A stretch of 64,000 bases of DNA, from the NCBI RefSeq assembly GCF_009914755.1, contig NC_060928.1, one strand, 5' to 3'. A model generated the notes under the pieces. It searched no databases and was not told the origin of the DNA. It saw nothing but the letters and a program-made list of their open reading frames with translations. The number at the start of each line of letters is the position of its first letter. Position 1 is the first letter of the stretch. A program made the position numbers and the translations under genes. The DNA is from the human T2T-CHM13v2.0 reference genome, Homo sapiens. Shown here piece by piece: positions 32,983 through 47,554 of this stretch.

Positions 32983-35900
32983 GTGTGAGGGGCTGCGTTG
33001 CAATGTGGTCATGTGATTTCAGGCTATGGATTTCGTGCGTCTTTCTCTGCTCACTGATTTTCACATGGTTATTCTTTCATTTTGCACTCGATAAACAGTT
33101 TACATCTTCTGAAGTAAGCCAGAAGATTGTATGGCTCACTTAACGATGACTGGTTGAAGGCATCTTGATTTGGAACCTATGGAAACAGTGCTGAGTTTTA
33201 AATAGGACAGATTTTTTTTTCTTTCATTTGAACTTCATTTATAACATATCAATAGTGATGTTTTAGGATCAGTTCTCCTATGGTAATTTCACTAAATGCC
33301 TATTTAATGAATTGATTTGATTTCATACATCTCTACCACTTACTAGAACTGTCTTTGTACAAACGTCAAACTTTCCTGTTACATATGGGTAAGCGTAGAA
33401 GCACTTGATATAATTTTTTTTTATCTTGGTTCATAGTGTAGAAGTGGTCTGTTGCTTTTCCTAAAATTGCTATACATATTTTTTCTTTAAGAGTGATCAT
33501 TTCAGGTACCCTATTATGTACAGTGGTAAAAAGTAAACTCGTTATGATAGCAACGACGATGTAACCAAAATAAGCAACACTTAATTGGTCTGAAAGTTAT
33601 ACATATAAGCTTTATTATTGCTTCAGTGGAAGTTGTCTATGCATTCTGTGCTTTGTTCAGCCATTAAACAACTGGGTCCGTGATCTTCAAGGGGCCGTGA
33701 AGTCCCTAAAATTGTATTTAAACATTAGAGTGGCTGCATTTTAAGGGAGATAGTACATAGTCAAATATCCAAAATGGACCTGTGTCCTAATAGAAAATTA
33801 AGAACCACGGGGTAAAAACACGTAAGCCATACTTTTTCTTATCAAAACAACAGGCTGTCTACATACAGCCTGCAGACATAGGCTAGAAGGAAAATTCTAG
33901 AACAATTAAATGGTGTTACAGTAGTTAAATATTTCACATAAAATAGACCAGATGTATGTATTTTAATGTATTAGGAAACAGGTCTGTGAACGTATTTAGT
34001 AGAAATTTGTAATTAATAGATGGGTACCTTATATTTATATTTATAAGGTATATTTATACTTTATATTGTAAGATCTCTTTCTATTATACGACAGAAAATA
34101 AAAATTATATTTTTGTCTTTGAAATCCAATCAAAATATAAAGTACTTATGCTTGGTATAGTGTCTCATAGTGTATGAAATATAAATAGCCCCTTAAAGGT
34201 CTTGCTTCTAGATATTCAGGTATTAAATAACATGATTAAAATCGTTTTCTGTCATTCGGAGAATGAGGAAGGAAATATAAAATTATTTTATTTATTTATG
34301 GCAATACCAAAAACAAAAGTGTGAAAAACTTCACAATGCTTAGTACTTATAACTCTTATAATTATGTCTTATTAAGGGATCTTTCTTAAGACATTTTGAA
34401 AAGCTATTTTAATATTTCACTACAAACAAGTGATAATATTAAAATTAAAGTATATCTATTACAAATACATCAGTAAAATATTTTGTGACCGAATTTTAAG
34501 AATTTTGTTATATTTTTCAAATGAAATTGAAAAAAATTAAATGTTTATCTAACATCACTTTTATTGACACATTGATATTGCATAACTTTGAATTTTTTCA
34601 GAAACTATACAAGGGAAATTAAATCCTGCATTTACATTTGCTAGCAACTAATGAGTGTGGACTGAGGATAATATTTCTTGCTTTACAGGTTAGTTTAAAA
34701 TAACACGATCTGCACCCCCATAATTTCTAATTAACCTTTTTTCAGAACTAAATAAACATCAAATTAGCCATCAGAATGAATCTCTACAAGTAAGGGGAAA
34801 TGGAAAGGTAAAGCAACATTTCAGTAATACAAGCCAAAAAGTATGTGCATTAATGGGAAAAATTTTTGGAGGAAGCTGTTACTGAGAATGACTTTTTCTG
34901 TCAGATTCACTAAGAAGTTGCTTGGCTTTTATTTGTGAGAATATTCCATTTTGAAGGCACTATTTTTACACTGGTTAATTAAAAATATTTACCCAAGCCA
35001 CTTTTCTTAAACATTTCTATTTATTACTTTTCTGCACATTTGTAAAAACAAATTTTTTCCCCAAAGTATTAATAATTAAAAATATGTTTGTCTCTTGACC
35101 ATCTACATTCATTCTGCAATAGTTTGTTTTGGGTGTCTACATCTTGACTTGATATAAGAAGAGCTTTTGTCAATGTTTAGTTACTAGTTGATTTACTTTG
35201 GGTGAAGTAATTTCCTGGCTATCCTGAATCATATCTGCTTCTTTTATTTTCTTTCAGAACATTTTGAAATGTCTTACCTATTATATATGTAATTTTTCTT
35301 CTTCCCTGGGTTCATGCCAATAGGCTTCATCTTCCTATAGCCTCGAAGGCTTACAGAGGATGAACAGAGTTATTTTGGAGGGGTGAAAGAAGAGCTGTAG
35401 AGTGGGCTTCCCTCTCAGCCCACAGTAGGAGAGAATGGCTACATCTTAAAACTTGAGGGACTCTGGAGCAGGCTCTTCCTTGCCACAAGAATGTGCCTCA
35501 CAGCCTGTAGTTTCTAACTTCTGGTATGCTTTCTGGCCATTAAACAATATTTCATTAAAACAAATCCTCCATTTTAAAAATTGAGGCCAAGTCAAATTAA
35601 TTAACTCACATACCAAGTCATCTATCTCACCATACTAAGAATTAGCAGGAAGTCGACACGAGACAATGGCTTTGAGAGTGAACACCTTCTTAGGGGGGAA
35701 GCAAATGGGGCAGACCCATTTCTTAATCCTGACCTTTTTTTCTAGGTCCAGCCTATCTATTTATCCCCTTTTGCTATGTCACATGACATTGAAAGTACCT
35801 GTTTAAATGTCTGCATCTCCCATTAAACTCAAATCTCCTTCACGGTATCCAATGTTGGATCCATAGTGCTTGGTGCATAGTAGGTGTCTAAAGAGCTTAA

Positions 35901-36849
35901 CATTGTTGTCATTGTTATTCTTGAATTAAGGCTTGTTTATGCTTTGATGCTACCACATGGAGCTATGGTCTTGGTGACAGAGACCCTTGTGTGCTCTTCC
36001 GTCATATAGTTTGTGGCCTCTTCAGAATTGCTTGTAAACTGTTATTTATTTCACCAACAATTTTAACTCTGCTCCAACCCTTAAATCTCTTGCCACTAGA
36101 CCTACCAGAACCTGCCTTCCCAATGTCAGCTTCACTTTTAATGTTTGCTTTACCTTCCTTGCTGTTGATTTAGCTGGACAAAGAGAGACATAACTGTATC
36201 TTGTAGCCAACTACCAATTGCTTCACTCCAATGTCAGCTTGGAGGATACTTTGTGCAGCTATTTTATTCTTTTTTAGTTAATGTCATATCAAATTCTCCA
36301 TGGTACATATTCTGGATTTTTCCAGGTTTTCTAGTCTGCCCAGATTATCTCCAGACTCTTCATTCTTAGCAGAGGACCATACTTTTTAATTCACAGAGGA
36401 TGTTAAGGTCAGTTTGGGCAAATTATTTGTCAACACTCATCTTGAATACAGTAAGCATTTCTTTGACCAGCTGTGAGCATAAGAACTCTTTTCTTATATT
36501 CAGCTATCGAATTTGTCTCTATAATATTTATATCTTTAATTTTTTACCTCTTAGAGTATTTATAGAAAATGCTTTTACATCTAACAACTCTTAATAGTGT
36601 CTAAGATAATATTCAGTTTCTTCAACCCATGCTTATTTACCATGGGTTGAGAGTCTCATTGTTACCAGGGCTTTTCTCTTTTGGATGCACTTCTGTTTTT
36701 ATTAAAGTGTGATCCCCAGAGTTTAACATAGAGGACTGTCCTCTGATATATTTATCTTCTCTGGATATCATGTAGTAAATCAACCTGAAATCTATTCTAC
36801 TCTTCCCCCCTCCGTTTTTTTTTGCACTCATACAACACTGTTTAATTAT

Positions 36850-37900
36850 GTATCTTTTTTGCACATTCTTCTGCAAATACACTTATTTTCCCCATCGAAT
36901 TTTATGTTTGGCCACTTGATTTGGGACTTTTACAAATACTTACTGCAATTAAATTTAATCATTACCTTTAGTTAGCCTGTTGTTCCAGAAAGTCAAGGTC
37001 ATCTTGGATTCTGAGTCCTTGATACAGAATAGCCATTTTCACCAATTTAGAGGAATTAACAGATTTGATCAGGATATAATTAACATCTTCATCCAAGTAA
37101 CTATCTACAATGCTGAACTGGAACTACCTTTGGCATATTCCTAGACACCGTCCTTTACGTTAGACTCCTGCTTTACATTAGTCCATAAATTATTCCTCTT
37201 TATAAGGCTGTTCAACCAGTTATATAGTCAAATAACTCTCTTTGAAGTTGACATTCCTTTGTGTGACTTAAGAGAGTATACTGAGACAGACTTGGTCAAA
37301 TTCCTCCCTGAAATGAGTCTCCACTTTCTGCAGAATAGATGTCAAGTAACTGCTATTAAAAACAAAAGGAGATAACTAGGTTAGTTGACAAGGATAGGTT
37401 CCTGTGACCTCTCCTTATCTTGTAGATAACAGCACTTCACATTTTGAATGCTTGCATGCCATGTTTTTAATCATCTCTTTGGAATAGTACCTGCAATTAA
37501 TGTCCAGCTCTCTAAATTATAGCTGATGGAATCCACCTTCCCAATTTTGAAAATTGAGGCAATGGTTGGACTCTGTCAACACTTCTCTTCATCACAATAT
37601 TTTTAAAGATGACTTTAACAATTCCTTTATTTTATCCACACATGCTTTCAATATTTTGTAGTGTAATTTCTCCAAATTAATGGATTTAAACTCATTTAGA
37701 ATATTTGCTATCATTCTACATGCTGGACCTTTGTTATTTTTAGTTTTGTTCTACTTTTATAAGTATGGATATTGTTTTCTTAAGGAATGGATATGAAACA
37801 AAACAAGAGCAGAGTAGTTCTGCCTGTTTGTTCATGTACTGTGATTTGAATATCTTTATCCAGTGTGCTCTTCCTATATCTAATAAAAATGCCATTATCA
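36850..37900 (-). mobile_element. Ancient CR1/L3-like LINE remnant
   Basis: catcttcatccaagtaactatctacaatgctgaac and following sequence resemble antisense L3 RT region; boundaries uncertain. Confidence 0.4.
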
Positions 37901-38868
37901 CCACTTTATCTGGCAATCATAGCAAGAATTAAAAGGACATTTTTTCTTTTTTTTATAAGCTTCAACTTATTTTATGTCTTATATTTTATAACACTCTTCT
38001 TAGAGACTCAGCCACTATTTTGTACTTCTCTCAATAAAGTTTATTATGGATTATGCTTGTCACTGAGGAAGATACAAAGCAAAGTTTATGACACACACTC
38101 CTTGACTTGAAGGAATTTAAAGTCTGCATGAACAAAACCAAGAAATAGTCTCAGAATTATACATGTCAGCACTTAACAATGAGCATAATATTTGTAGAAT
38201 AGTTTTAATAAGTTTTAAAGAAGTTAGGAGAAGGAAGAGAGTTCGGTATGATGGAAATATTGAGTAAGGCTTTCCAGAGGAAATCTAAGACTTAGCTGAG
38301 GTTTTAAAACAAGATCAGGATGTTGGACATCACAGGACCTGTAGGATTTAAATGTGGCAAACAGTAGGAAGAGTATTCTAGACAGAGGAAAGGAAAGGAT
38401 TCACTGCAGGGATCAGATGTGTGTGTGGGTGTGCATGTGTGTGTTTGATGTGTGTGTGTGTACCCTGTGTATGGCGGAACGGGTAATGCTGAGCCTTCCC
38501 AGGCCATAGCTTTGAAGTATTTATTTGTGGAGAACACCACTTTTCCATTTCTAGCTTTTCGTTTCCCCTTGTTCAATCTTTGTGGGGCCCACACCTACAC
38601 ATCTTGTAGATCTCAAACTAAGCTCTGCTTCTTAAAACCTTTCCCTGAACTTCCAAGCCTAAATTGCATGCCTTATTATGTTTTCCTGTAACACATTGTG
38701 CTTCCTTTGTAGAATTATTATGATATGAATAATTACTTGCTGAATTTTTACTATTATACTGATACTTGTGGAGAGAGGTACCATTTCTGTTTAGTTCCCC
38801 ATTTTATACACAGTCATCTAATACAAGTGCTCAATGGCTCATAAGCACTCAGTGAAAACGTGTGCTAT

Positions 38869-39190
38869 GGCCGGGCGTGGTGGCTCACACCTGTAATCCC
38901 AGCACTTTGGGAGGCCGAGGCGGGTAGATCACAAGGTCAGGAGTTCAAGACCAGCCTGGCCAAGACAGTGAAACTCCGTCTCTACTAAAAATACAAAAAA
39001 TTAGCCGGGCATGGTGGTGGGTGCCTGTAATCCCAGCTATTCGGGAGGCTGACGCAGAGAATTGCTTGAACCCAGGAGGTGGAGTTTGCAGTGAGCCAAG
39101 ATTGCGCCACTGCACTCCAGCCTGGGCGACAGAGCGAGACTCCATCTAAAAAAAAAAAGAAAGAAAGAAAGAAACAAAGAAACAAAGAAA
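38869..39190 (+). mobile_element. Alu (AluS-like)
   Basis: TSD gaaaac(g/a)tgtgctat. Confidence 0.96.
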
Positions 39191-39294
39191 ACATGTGCTA
39201 TCATGAGCCTACTTGGAACAGTGAAGTTATGTGGAGAGTACTTGTAAAAAAAAAATGTTTAAAATAAAGAAGGGTTAGATTACAAGTCCAGCAT

Positions 39295-39914
39295 CTTCGT
39301 TCTTTATATGCTTATTCTAACAGATTTTTTCTATTTTTAAAATTTATTTCTTTTTACATCTTAAGCTTTTTTATTAAAAATAAAGACAAAAACACACACC
39401 TTAGCATGGACCTACACAAGGTCAGGATCTTCAGTTTCACTGTCTTCCACTGCCACATTTCTCACTGGAAGATCTTTAGGGACAATAACAAGCATGGAAC
39501 AGTCCTCGCCTATGAATACAATGCCTTCTTCTGGAATACCTTCTGATGAAACTGCCTGAGGCTGTTTTACGGTTAACTTATTTTTATAAGTAAAACTAGT
39601 ACCCTCTAAAATAACAATAAAAGGCATAATATAGTAAATACATAAACCAATAAAATAGTACTTTATTATCACTATCGAGTTTTATATACCGTAGGTAATT
39701 GTATGTACTATGCTTTTTATATGACTGGCAGCACAGTAGGTTTGCCTGCACGAACATCTCCACGAGCATTTCAGTTATGCATTGTGCTATGACATTACAA
39801 TGGCTATCAGTCACTAAGGAATGGGAATTTTTCAGCCCCATTATAAACATATGGGAACATGATTGTGTATGTGGTCCATAGCTGACAGAAACATTGTTAT
39901 TTGGCACGTGACAG
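39295..39914 (+). mobile_element. Tigger3-family fragment (3' half)
   Basis: cctacacaaggtcaggatc...ttctggaatacc...gacagaaacattgttatttggcacgtgacag|ta right terminus. Confidence 0.75.
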
Positions 39915-42029
39915 TATATGCACTGGAATTTTTAGCTGCTTATTTTTCTCCATTTGCAATATCACTTTGCAGCTTCAAATATGCTCATTATAAGCAGTTA
40001 AATGATATGTGGTTTTTATTACATTATTAAGCTAATAAAATAAGTGACAAGGAGTTTCAGTATTCCATAGTATAACATAAACTTTTAAATTGTGTATTTG
40101 TGAGCATAAAGTTATATCAAGATCTTTAGCACTATATATGAAGTATTTAGAGAGTTACAAATGTAGCATTGAAGGAAATTTGGGTAAATGCAATAAAATT
40201 GTCAGTACATGAGTTGTAAAGCAAGATATCCATATATTAGATTAGCACTATACATTTGTAAATATGATTAGCAAAAGGCAGGCTTCCCAGCGAAAACAAA
40301 CGTCTTTGGGTAAAATTCTATTTCTTTTAATGTTTTAAAATATTTGTAGTCACTAATTGTAAGTCATATTCCTCTTTGTCCAGCTCTATCCCAAATAACA
40401 ATTTAATACACCGCAGCATCTATTTCTGCTTCTTTTCTGTGTCACTGGCTCAGAATAATTCATAAGCCCTTGTTGTTTCATCTTATGCTAACAAAAATCC
40501 AGCAGTGGTATGTAGGAGAGCTGTGATATGCCCTGATAAGAGTTTATACTTTGGAGAACAAATTATCCTAATTAAAGTCACTGCTTTTCTTCTCTTCTCT
40601 CTCTCCTCCTCTTTGAAGCTGTGAGAGTTTATCTTAACCTAGACTGGTTACCACCTATGGCTTTATGGCTTGCCTGCTGGCTTGGCTGAGAGCAAGAAAG
40701 TTGTATATGAGGGATATCACAAGGCCACCTTCCACAAAAATTGCTCTCCCACTTGGTCCTGTCCTAAGGCCTAAATCTCCTTTGGGTTGATGCAATCTTT
40801 TGGAGTGTCTCCTGGAGTCAATAAGATGCCTGTTTTACCGTGAAGAGCAGCACAATGAAGAGGTTGCCCAATAGCAGTGGTTACTTTTATTATGTTGTCT
40901 TTCTGCCTTCAATCAAGAGCATGACACTTGGACATAGCTTTTTAAAGTAAAGAGAAAAAGGAAACTGAAAGGCTCAGTATGTGGGACATAGATAAGAAAA
41001 TGAGACCTAAATAGGGTGTATTGGGCAACAATACAGGGCTTAAATAGAAAGAGGAAGACCAAAAGAAAGCAAAGAATGTCCTAAGAAGAGCTGGTTTTTT
41101 TTTTTTTTTTTTTAACAATTTTGTTGCCTATTAGTTTTCTTCATTCCTGGGGATGGTTGGGACATTTTTCCACATCGGCATGTTATGGCCTTGATTATCT
41201 ACCTAAATCAAACCAGAGGAAAATCATTTTAGTTTATTTTTATCTTAACATTGGATCTGTTTCAGCGCGTCCTGGAAATTAGTAGTTGCATGTTGTCACC
41301 GTCTATTTTGTACACAGTGAAAAGGTATTTGGCTGTGTTTCTATTTACATTCACTGTCCTTGATAAATACTAATTGGCCAGTGATTGTAAGTCTCAAGAA
41401 TTTTTGCTGCAGAGCGTGTGTTAAAACTCATTTTAAGTGGTGTAGGAGTCATGCAGTGTTTATCACTTAAGTGGGTAATCTGACAGCTGTATTTTACTGC
41501 CTGACTGCAGCTTTATTCTTGATCATTCTCTTCCTTGAGTAGTGTGTTATGGTCATGTTGTCTTAGCTGCAATTAATTCCCAACCTTTTTTTGTTTTCCA
41601 GTCTTTGTCTTTTGCATTTATTTTTCTGCTCCTGCAATGCCTTACTTTGCTGTCTCTGCCTCGCTATTTCCTATTTATTCTACAAAGCTCACCTTAAGTG
41701 TCACGTTTTCAGGGACATGTTTACCAATGTACTGTACAGGGGCACATGCAGATTCTTCATGTCCCCATCACAACCTGTCATGACATCACACTGAACTGAG
41801 TTTGTGTGGTCTAAGTCTGTCCGCCCCAACCTTTACTCAAAACGTTCCTTAAGGAACTAGGATTGGATTGTTTTTATTTCTTTGTTTTTGTTTTTAATCC
41901 CTGAAATTTCGTCCTTTAGAATGTAGTAATAGGTACCTAATAAATATTTTTGGCATATGTGAATGAATGAGTGAGTGAATAAATAATCAGATTAGTTGAT
42001 GAAAGATTCTAAGGGAAGATTAGGTAATG

Positions 42030-43158
<1,129 letters not shown>

Positions 43159-44092
43159 TTAACTCAAATGTGTCTTGAACAAGGTAAACATAAAGGTTTT
43201 TACAATAATTTTATATCAAGTCCAGTTTATAATAGTGAACATTTCTTAGGTACATTTTACATTCCAAGCATTAATACAACTGCATTACTTTAATCAAATC
43301 CCTTGAGGAATGTTCTATTCTCATCACTGTTCTACAGATGAAAAAATGGATGATGCACAGAGTAGATAAGTCACTTGCCTAATGTCATACATTTAATTAA
43401 TAATGGAACCGGTATTTGTAGCCAGGGAGGGTTCACACTTTTACTTACTATGGTAATTACTATGGTAACCTTTCTGCCCACATTGCAAGTTTTCCTGATG
43501 ATTTGTGAATTACCCAAGTTTTGCTTATAAACAATAGCATTTGTTGAATGTCTAGCATTTTAAGAAACTGCCAAACTGTTTTCCATTCCCACCAGTAATC
43601 TGTGAGATTTCCAGTTATTCCACATTGCCAATAACTCTTGACATTGCTGAACTCTAGAATTTTAGCCATTCTAATGGGTTTTTGTTTAATAACTAATAAT
43701 ATTGAGCATATGAAGAAATGTTTATGACTGTTTATATACCTTCTTTAATGATTGTCTATTCAGATGTTTTGCCCATTTTAAAATGGAATTGTTTATTTTC
43801 TTACTGAGTTGGAAAACTGTATATTCTGAATTAAACTCCCTTGCTGTTGTGTGTTACATATATTTTCTTCTAGTATATGACTTGTGTTTTTGTTTATGTA
43901 ATAATGTCTTTTGAAGAGCCAAAGTATTTTTTTTATTTTGATGAAGTCCACTTTATCATGCTCTTTTTAAATATTTCATGTTTTTTTTTTCAAATTTAAG
44001 CATCTTTGCTTCAAACCTGGTCACAAAGAATTTCTTTTATGTTTTCTTCTGTAAGTTTTATAGTTGTAACTTTCGTACTTAGGTTTACGATT

Positions 44093-44519
44093 TGTCGTAG
44101 TCTGTTTATTTTGCTATAAAAGAATACCCGATGTTGGATAATTTATTTACAAAAGAGGTTTATTTGGCTCAATGTTCTGCAGGCTGTGCAGGAAGCATGG
44201 CACCAGCATTTGCTTCTAGTGAGAGCATGAGGCTGCTTCCACTCATGGCAGAAGGTGAAGGGGAGCCAGCGTGTGCAGAGATTACTGAGAGAGAGAGGAA
44301 GCGAGGGAGAGAGAGAGGAGACACCAGGCTTTTGTGTAACAGCCAGCTCTTGAAGGAACTAGTAGAGCAAGAACTCACTGGCTATCGTGAGAACGGTGCC
44401 AAGTCATTCATGAGGGATCTGCCCAATGACTCAAACATCTCCCATTTCACTCCACATTCAACACTGAAGAATAGATTTCAACATAAAGTTTGGAAGGTTC
44501 GAATATCCAAACCATGGCA
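44093..44519 (-). mobile_element. MSTB-like solo LTR (MaLR)
   Basis: gaagcatggcaccagcatttgcttct...ccactcatggcagaaggtgaagggg...atccaaaccatggca. Confidence 0.85.
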
Positions 44520-45288
44520 TGGTCCATTAAGATTTAATTTTTGTATATGGTATGATGTGTGGATAAAAGTTTATTTCTATTTCTATATGGATTTCCAGTT
44601 GTTCCAATGGCATTTTTATTAAAAAACAAACAAACATATTTTCTTTCCTGATTTTATTGCCTTGACACCTTTGTTGTAAACACAATTGTGGATCTCTATC
44701 TCATTGATCTCTTTGTCACCCCTTTCAAACTGATACCTCACTTTCTTGATTACTTTAACTTTTTAAGTTTTGAAGCAGGTATATAAGTCCTTCAGTGCTA
44801 TTTTTTCTTCTTTAATATTAATTTGGCTATCCTATGTCATCAATGAAATCTTAGCCTCATTTTGTCAATTTTTACTAAAATGATGGCTGAGATGTTGATT
44901 GGAATTGCATTGAATCTATAAACCAGTTTAGAGAAAATTTGTACCTTAACAATATTATACATGGTATATATCTCTCCATATATTTAGACCTTCCTTAATT
45001 TATCTCGTGAATGTTCGTAGTTTTCAGTGTAAAAGTCTTGTAAGCCTTTGGTTAGATTTATTGCTAAGTATTTATTAACAGTATCATAAATGAGTTTTTA
45101 AAATAATTATTTTCCAGTATTTGTGGCTAGTACAGAAGTTATAATGGAATTTTGTATATCAGTCTTGTATCCTGAAACATTGCTTAATTTACTTCTTAGT
45201 TCTAGTTATTTTGTATATCCACTGGGAATTCCTACATGAACAATTTTAAGTATATGTGTGTGTGTGTGTGTGTGTGCACATGCATGTG

Positions 45289-45711
45289 TATGATCCTTGA
45301 ACAACACAGGGGTTGGGGCACTGACACTCCTGCACAGTCAACAATCCACATAAAAGTTTTGACTCCTCAAAAACTTAACTACTAATAGCTTACTGGTGAC
45401 TGGAAGCTTTACCGATAACATAAACAGTTGATTGACATGTATTATATACTGTATTCTTAAAATAAAGTAAGCTAGAGAAAAGAAAATGTTACAAAGAAAA
45501 TCATAAAGGAAGAGAAAATATATTTACCATTTATTAAGTGCAAGTGGGTCATTATAAAAAATCTTCACCCTCGTTGTCTTCATTTTGAGCAGGAGGAGGA
45601 AGAAGAAGATAAGGGGTTGGTTTTGCTACATCTGGGATGGCAGAGGCAGAAGAAAATTTGCATATGAGTGGACCCATGGAGTTTGAATCTGTGTTGTTCA
45701 AGGGTCGATTG
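45289..45711. mobile_element. Tigger2a (MER28)-like MITE flanked by (TG)n and (CA)n
   Basis: Terminal inverted repeats tgatccttgaacaacacag / ctgtgttgttcaagggtcg; ~420 bp. Confidence 0.75.
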
Positions 45712-47190
45712 GATACACACACACACACACACACACACACATGCACACACACACACACACATGCACACACACACACACGTGCACATAAACCTGCAACCTT
45801 TTGGCCTTTTGTTTAACTGATTGCAATGGCTAGGACCTAACTTCTGTACAATATTGATTAGAAGTGGTGAGAGCAGGCATCTTTGCTTGGTCCTGAATAA
45901 TAGTGGAAAAGTGTTCAGTCTTTCATCATCAAGTATGACTCAATAATTATAGTTTTCATAGATGCTTTCTGATGGGTTAAAAAAATTATGATTGCAGAGC
46001 TTGTCTCACTTGTTCTCATTATTAGTGTTGGAGTGGGAGTCTCTTGTGACTTTCTGCAATTTAACCAGAAGTCAAAGACCCTGTACTTTGAGCTAACTTT
46101 TGTGCTCTGTGTAGTAAGTATTTCTATTTACAGAAAGCTACAAATATAGGTAACAAAAGAAAAGGATTTCATATCCTCACAATCCTTCTTTCAAACTTGC
46201 TGTTTCCCAATCCACAGATCTTAATGTAATCTGTACTCAGTTACAGTGTAGTACTTTATCACTATAACTCCTTATTTTCTTCCACTTTCAGTCTACTATT
46301 CTTATTCAAAATTTTGCCTTAAAAGCCATAAACATCTTTCTAATTTAAAAATCAAATGATATTTTCTCAGTCCTCCTTACCCTCTTCAGACTTGTGACAT
46401 ACACTTCTTTTCGAACACGTGTCCTCTTTCATATTCATTCTCATTGTACTTTTCTAATTGCTGCTTCTCTGTCATAGTCATTATACTTTCTCCAGTCCTT
46501 AAACATGAGGATTCCCTGGAGTTCTAAATTTGGTTATCTTCTCTCTATATATGTAGCCTCTTGATCTTAAACAGTTTTAGTTAAACTCCTGACTATAATG
46601 GTTTCTGCTATGGGGAGGAGCACAAATTCATCTCTAATCTGTTACACATTTCTGAAGTAAATACTCCGATTTTCAAAAGCACCTCCACCCTAGATTCCCT
46701 GCTACCTCAGTTCAAGATCCATGTATCTAAAACAAATTCAACATCCTTTCTCTCAGGCCTACTGCTCTGTTTCTGTTACCTGTTTCCATGAACGGTGCTA
46801 TATCTTTCTACACAAAACTTCAGAGTCATTCTATTCCTCAGATCTAGTGAGTTGCCACATCATGCCAACTTTAATTTTATAATATCTCTAGTAGCCATCT
46901 TTTCCTGCCTCTTTCCCACAATTTCCTTCATTTCTTGCTTTCACTTACACTGTTCTTTCTCTGTGGCGTGCCCCTTGCCAAAATCTTAATTTTCAGAACT
47001 TAGTCATTTAAAAAAATAAGCTCAAATTCTGTACATTCCAAGAAGGCTTCCCTGATGATTCTTTTGCCACCACCGCCTAAATCTGATATTTCTTATAAAC
47101 AGTTTTAACTCTCTATCTTTACTTATTCTCCCTTTTTATTGTAGCCATTAGCTATTTAATAAAATTTCTTATATATACATAAGAAAATTC

Positions 47191-47554
<364 letters not shown>

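Larger units (their letters stand above)
31660..33040. promoter_or_regulatory. CpG island / GUCY1A1 promoter
   Basis: Abrupt switch to very high GC and dense CpG (cgcg, gcgc, ccgg) in an otherwise CpG-depleted window; overlaps the 5'-UTR exons. Confidence 0.93.
43540..45990 (-). mobile_element. Old L1M ORF2 fragments (antisense) with MST and Tigger2a insertions
   Basis: aagaaactgccaaactgttttcca, ggaattgcattgaatctata, gaagtggtgagagcaggcatctttg. Confidence 0.75.
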
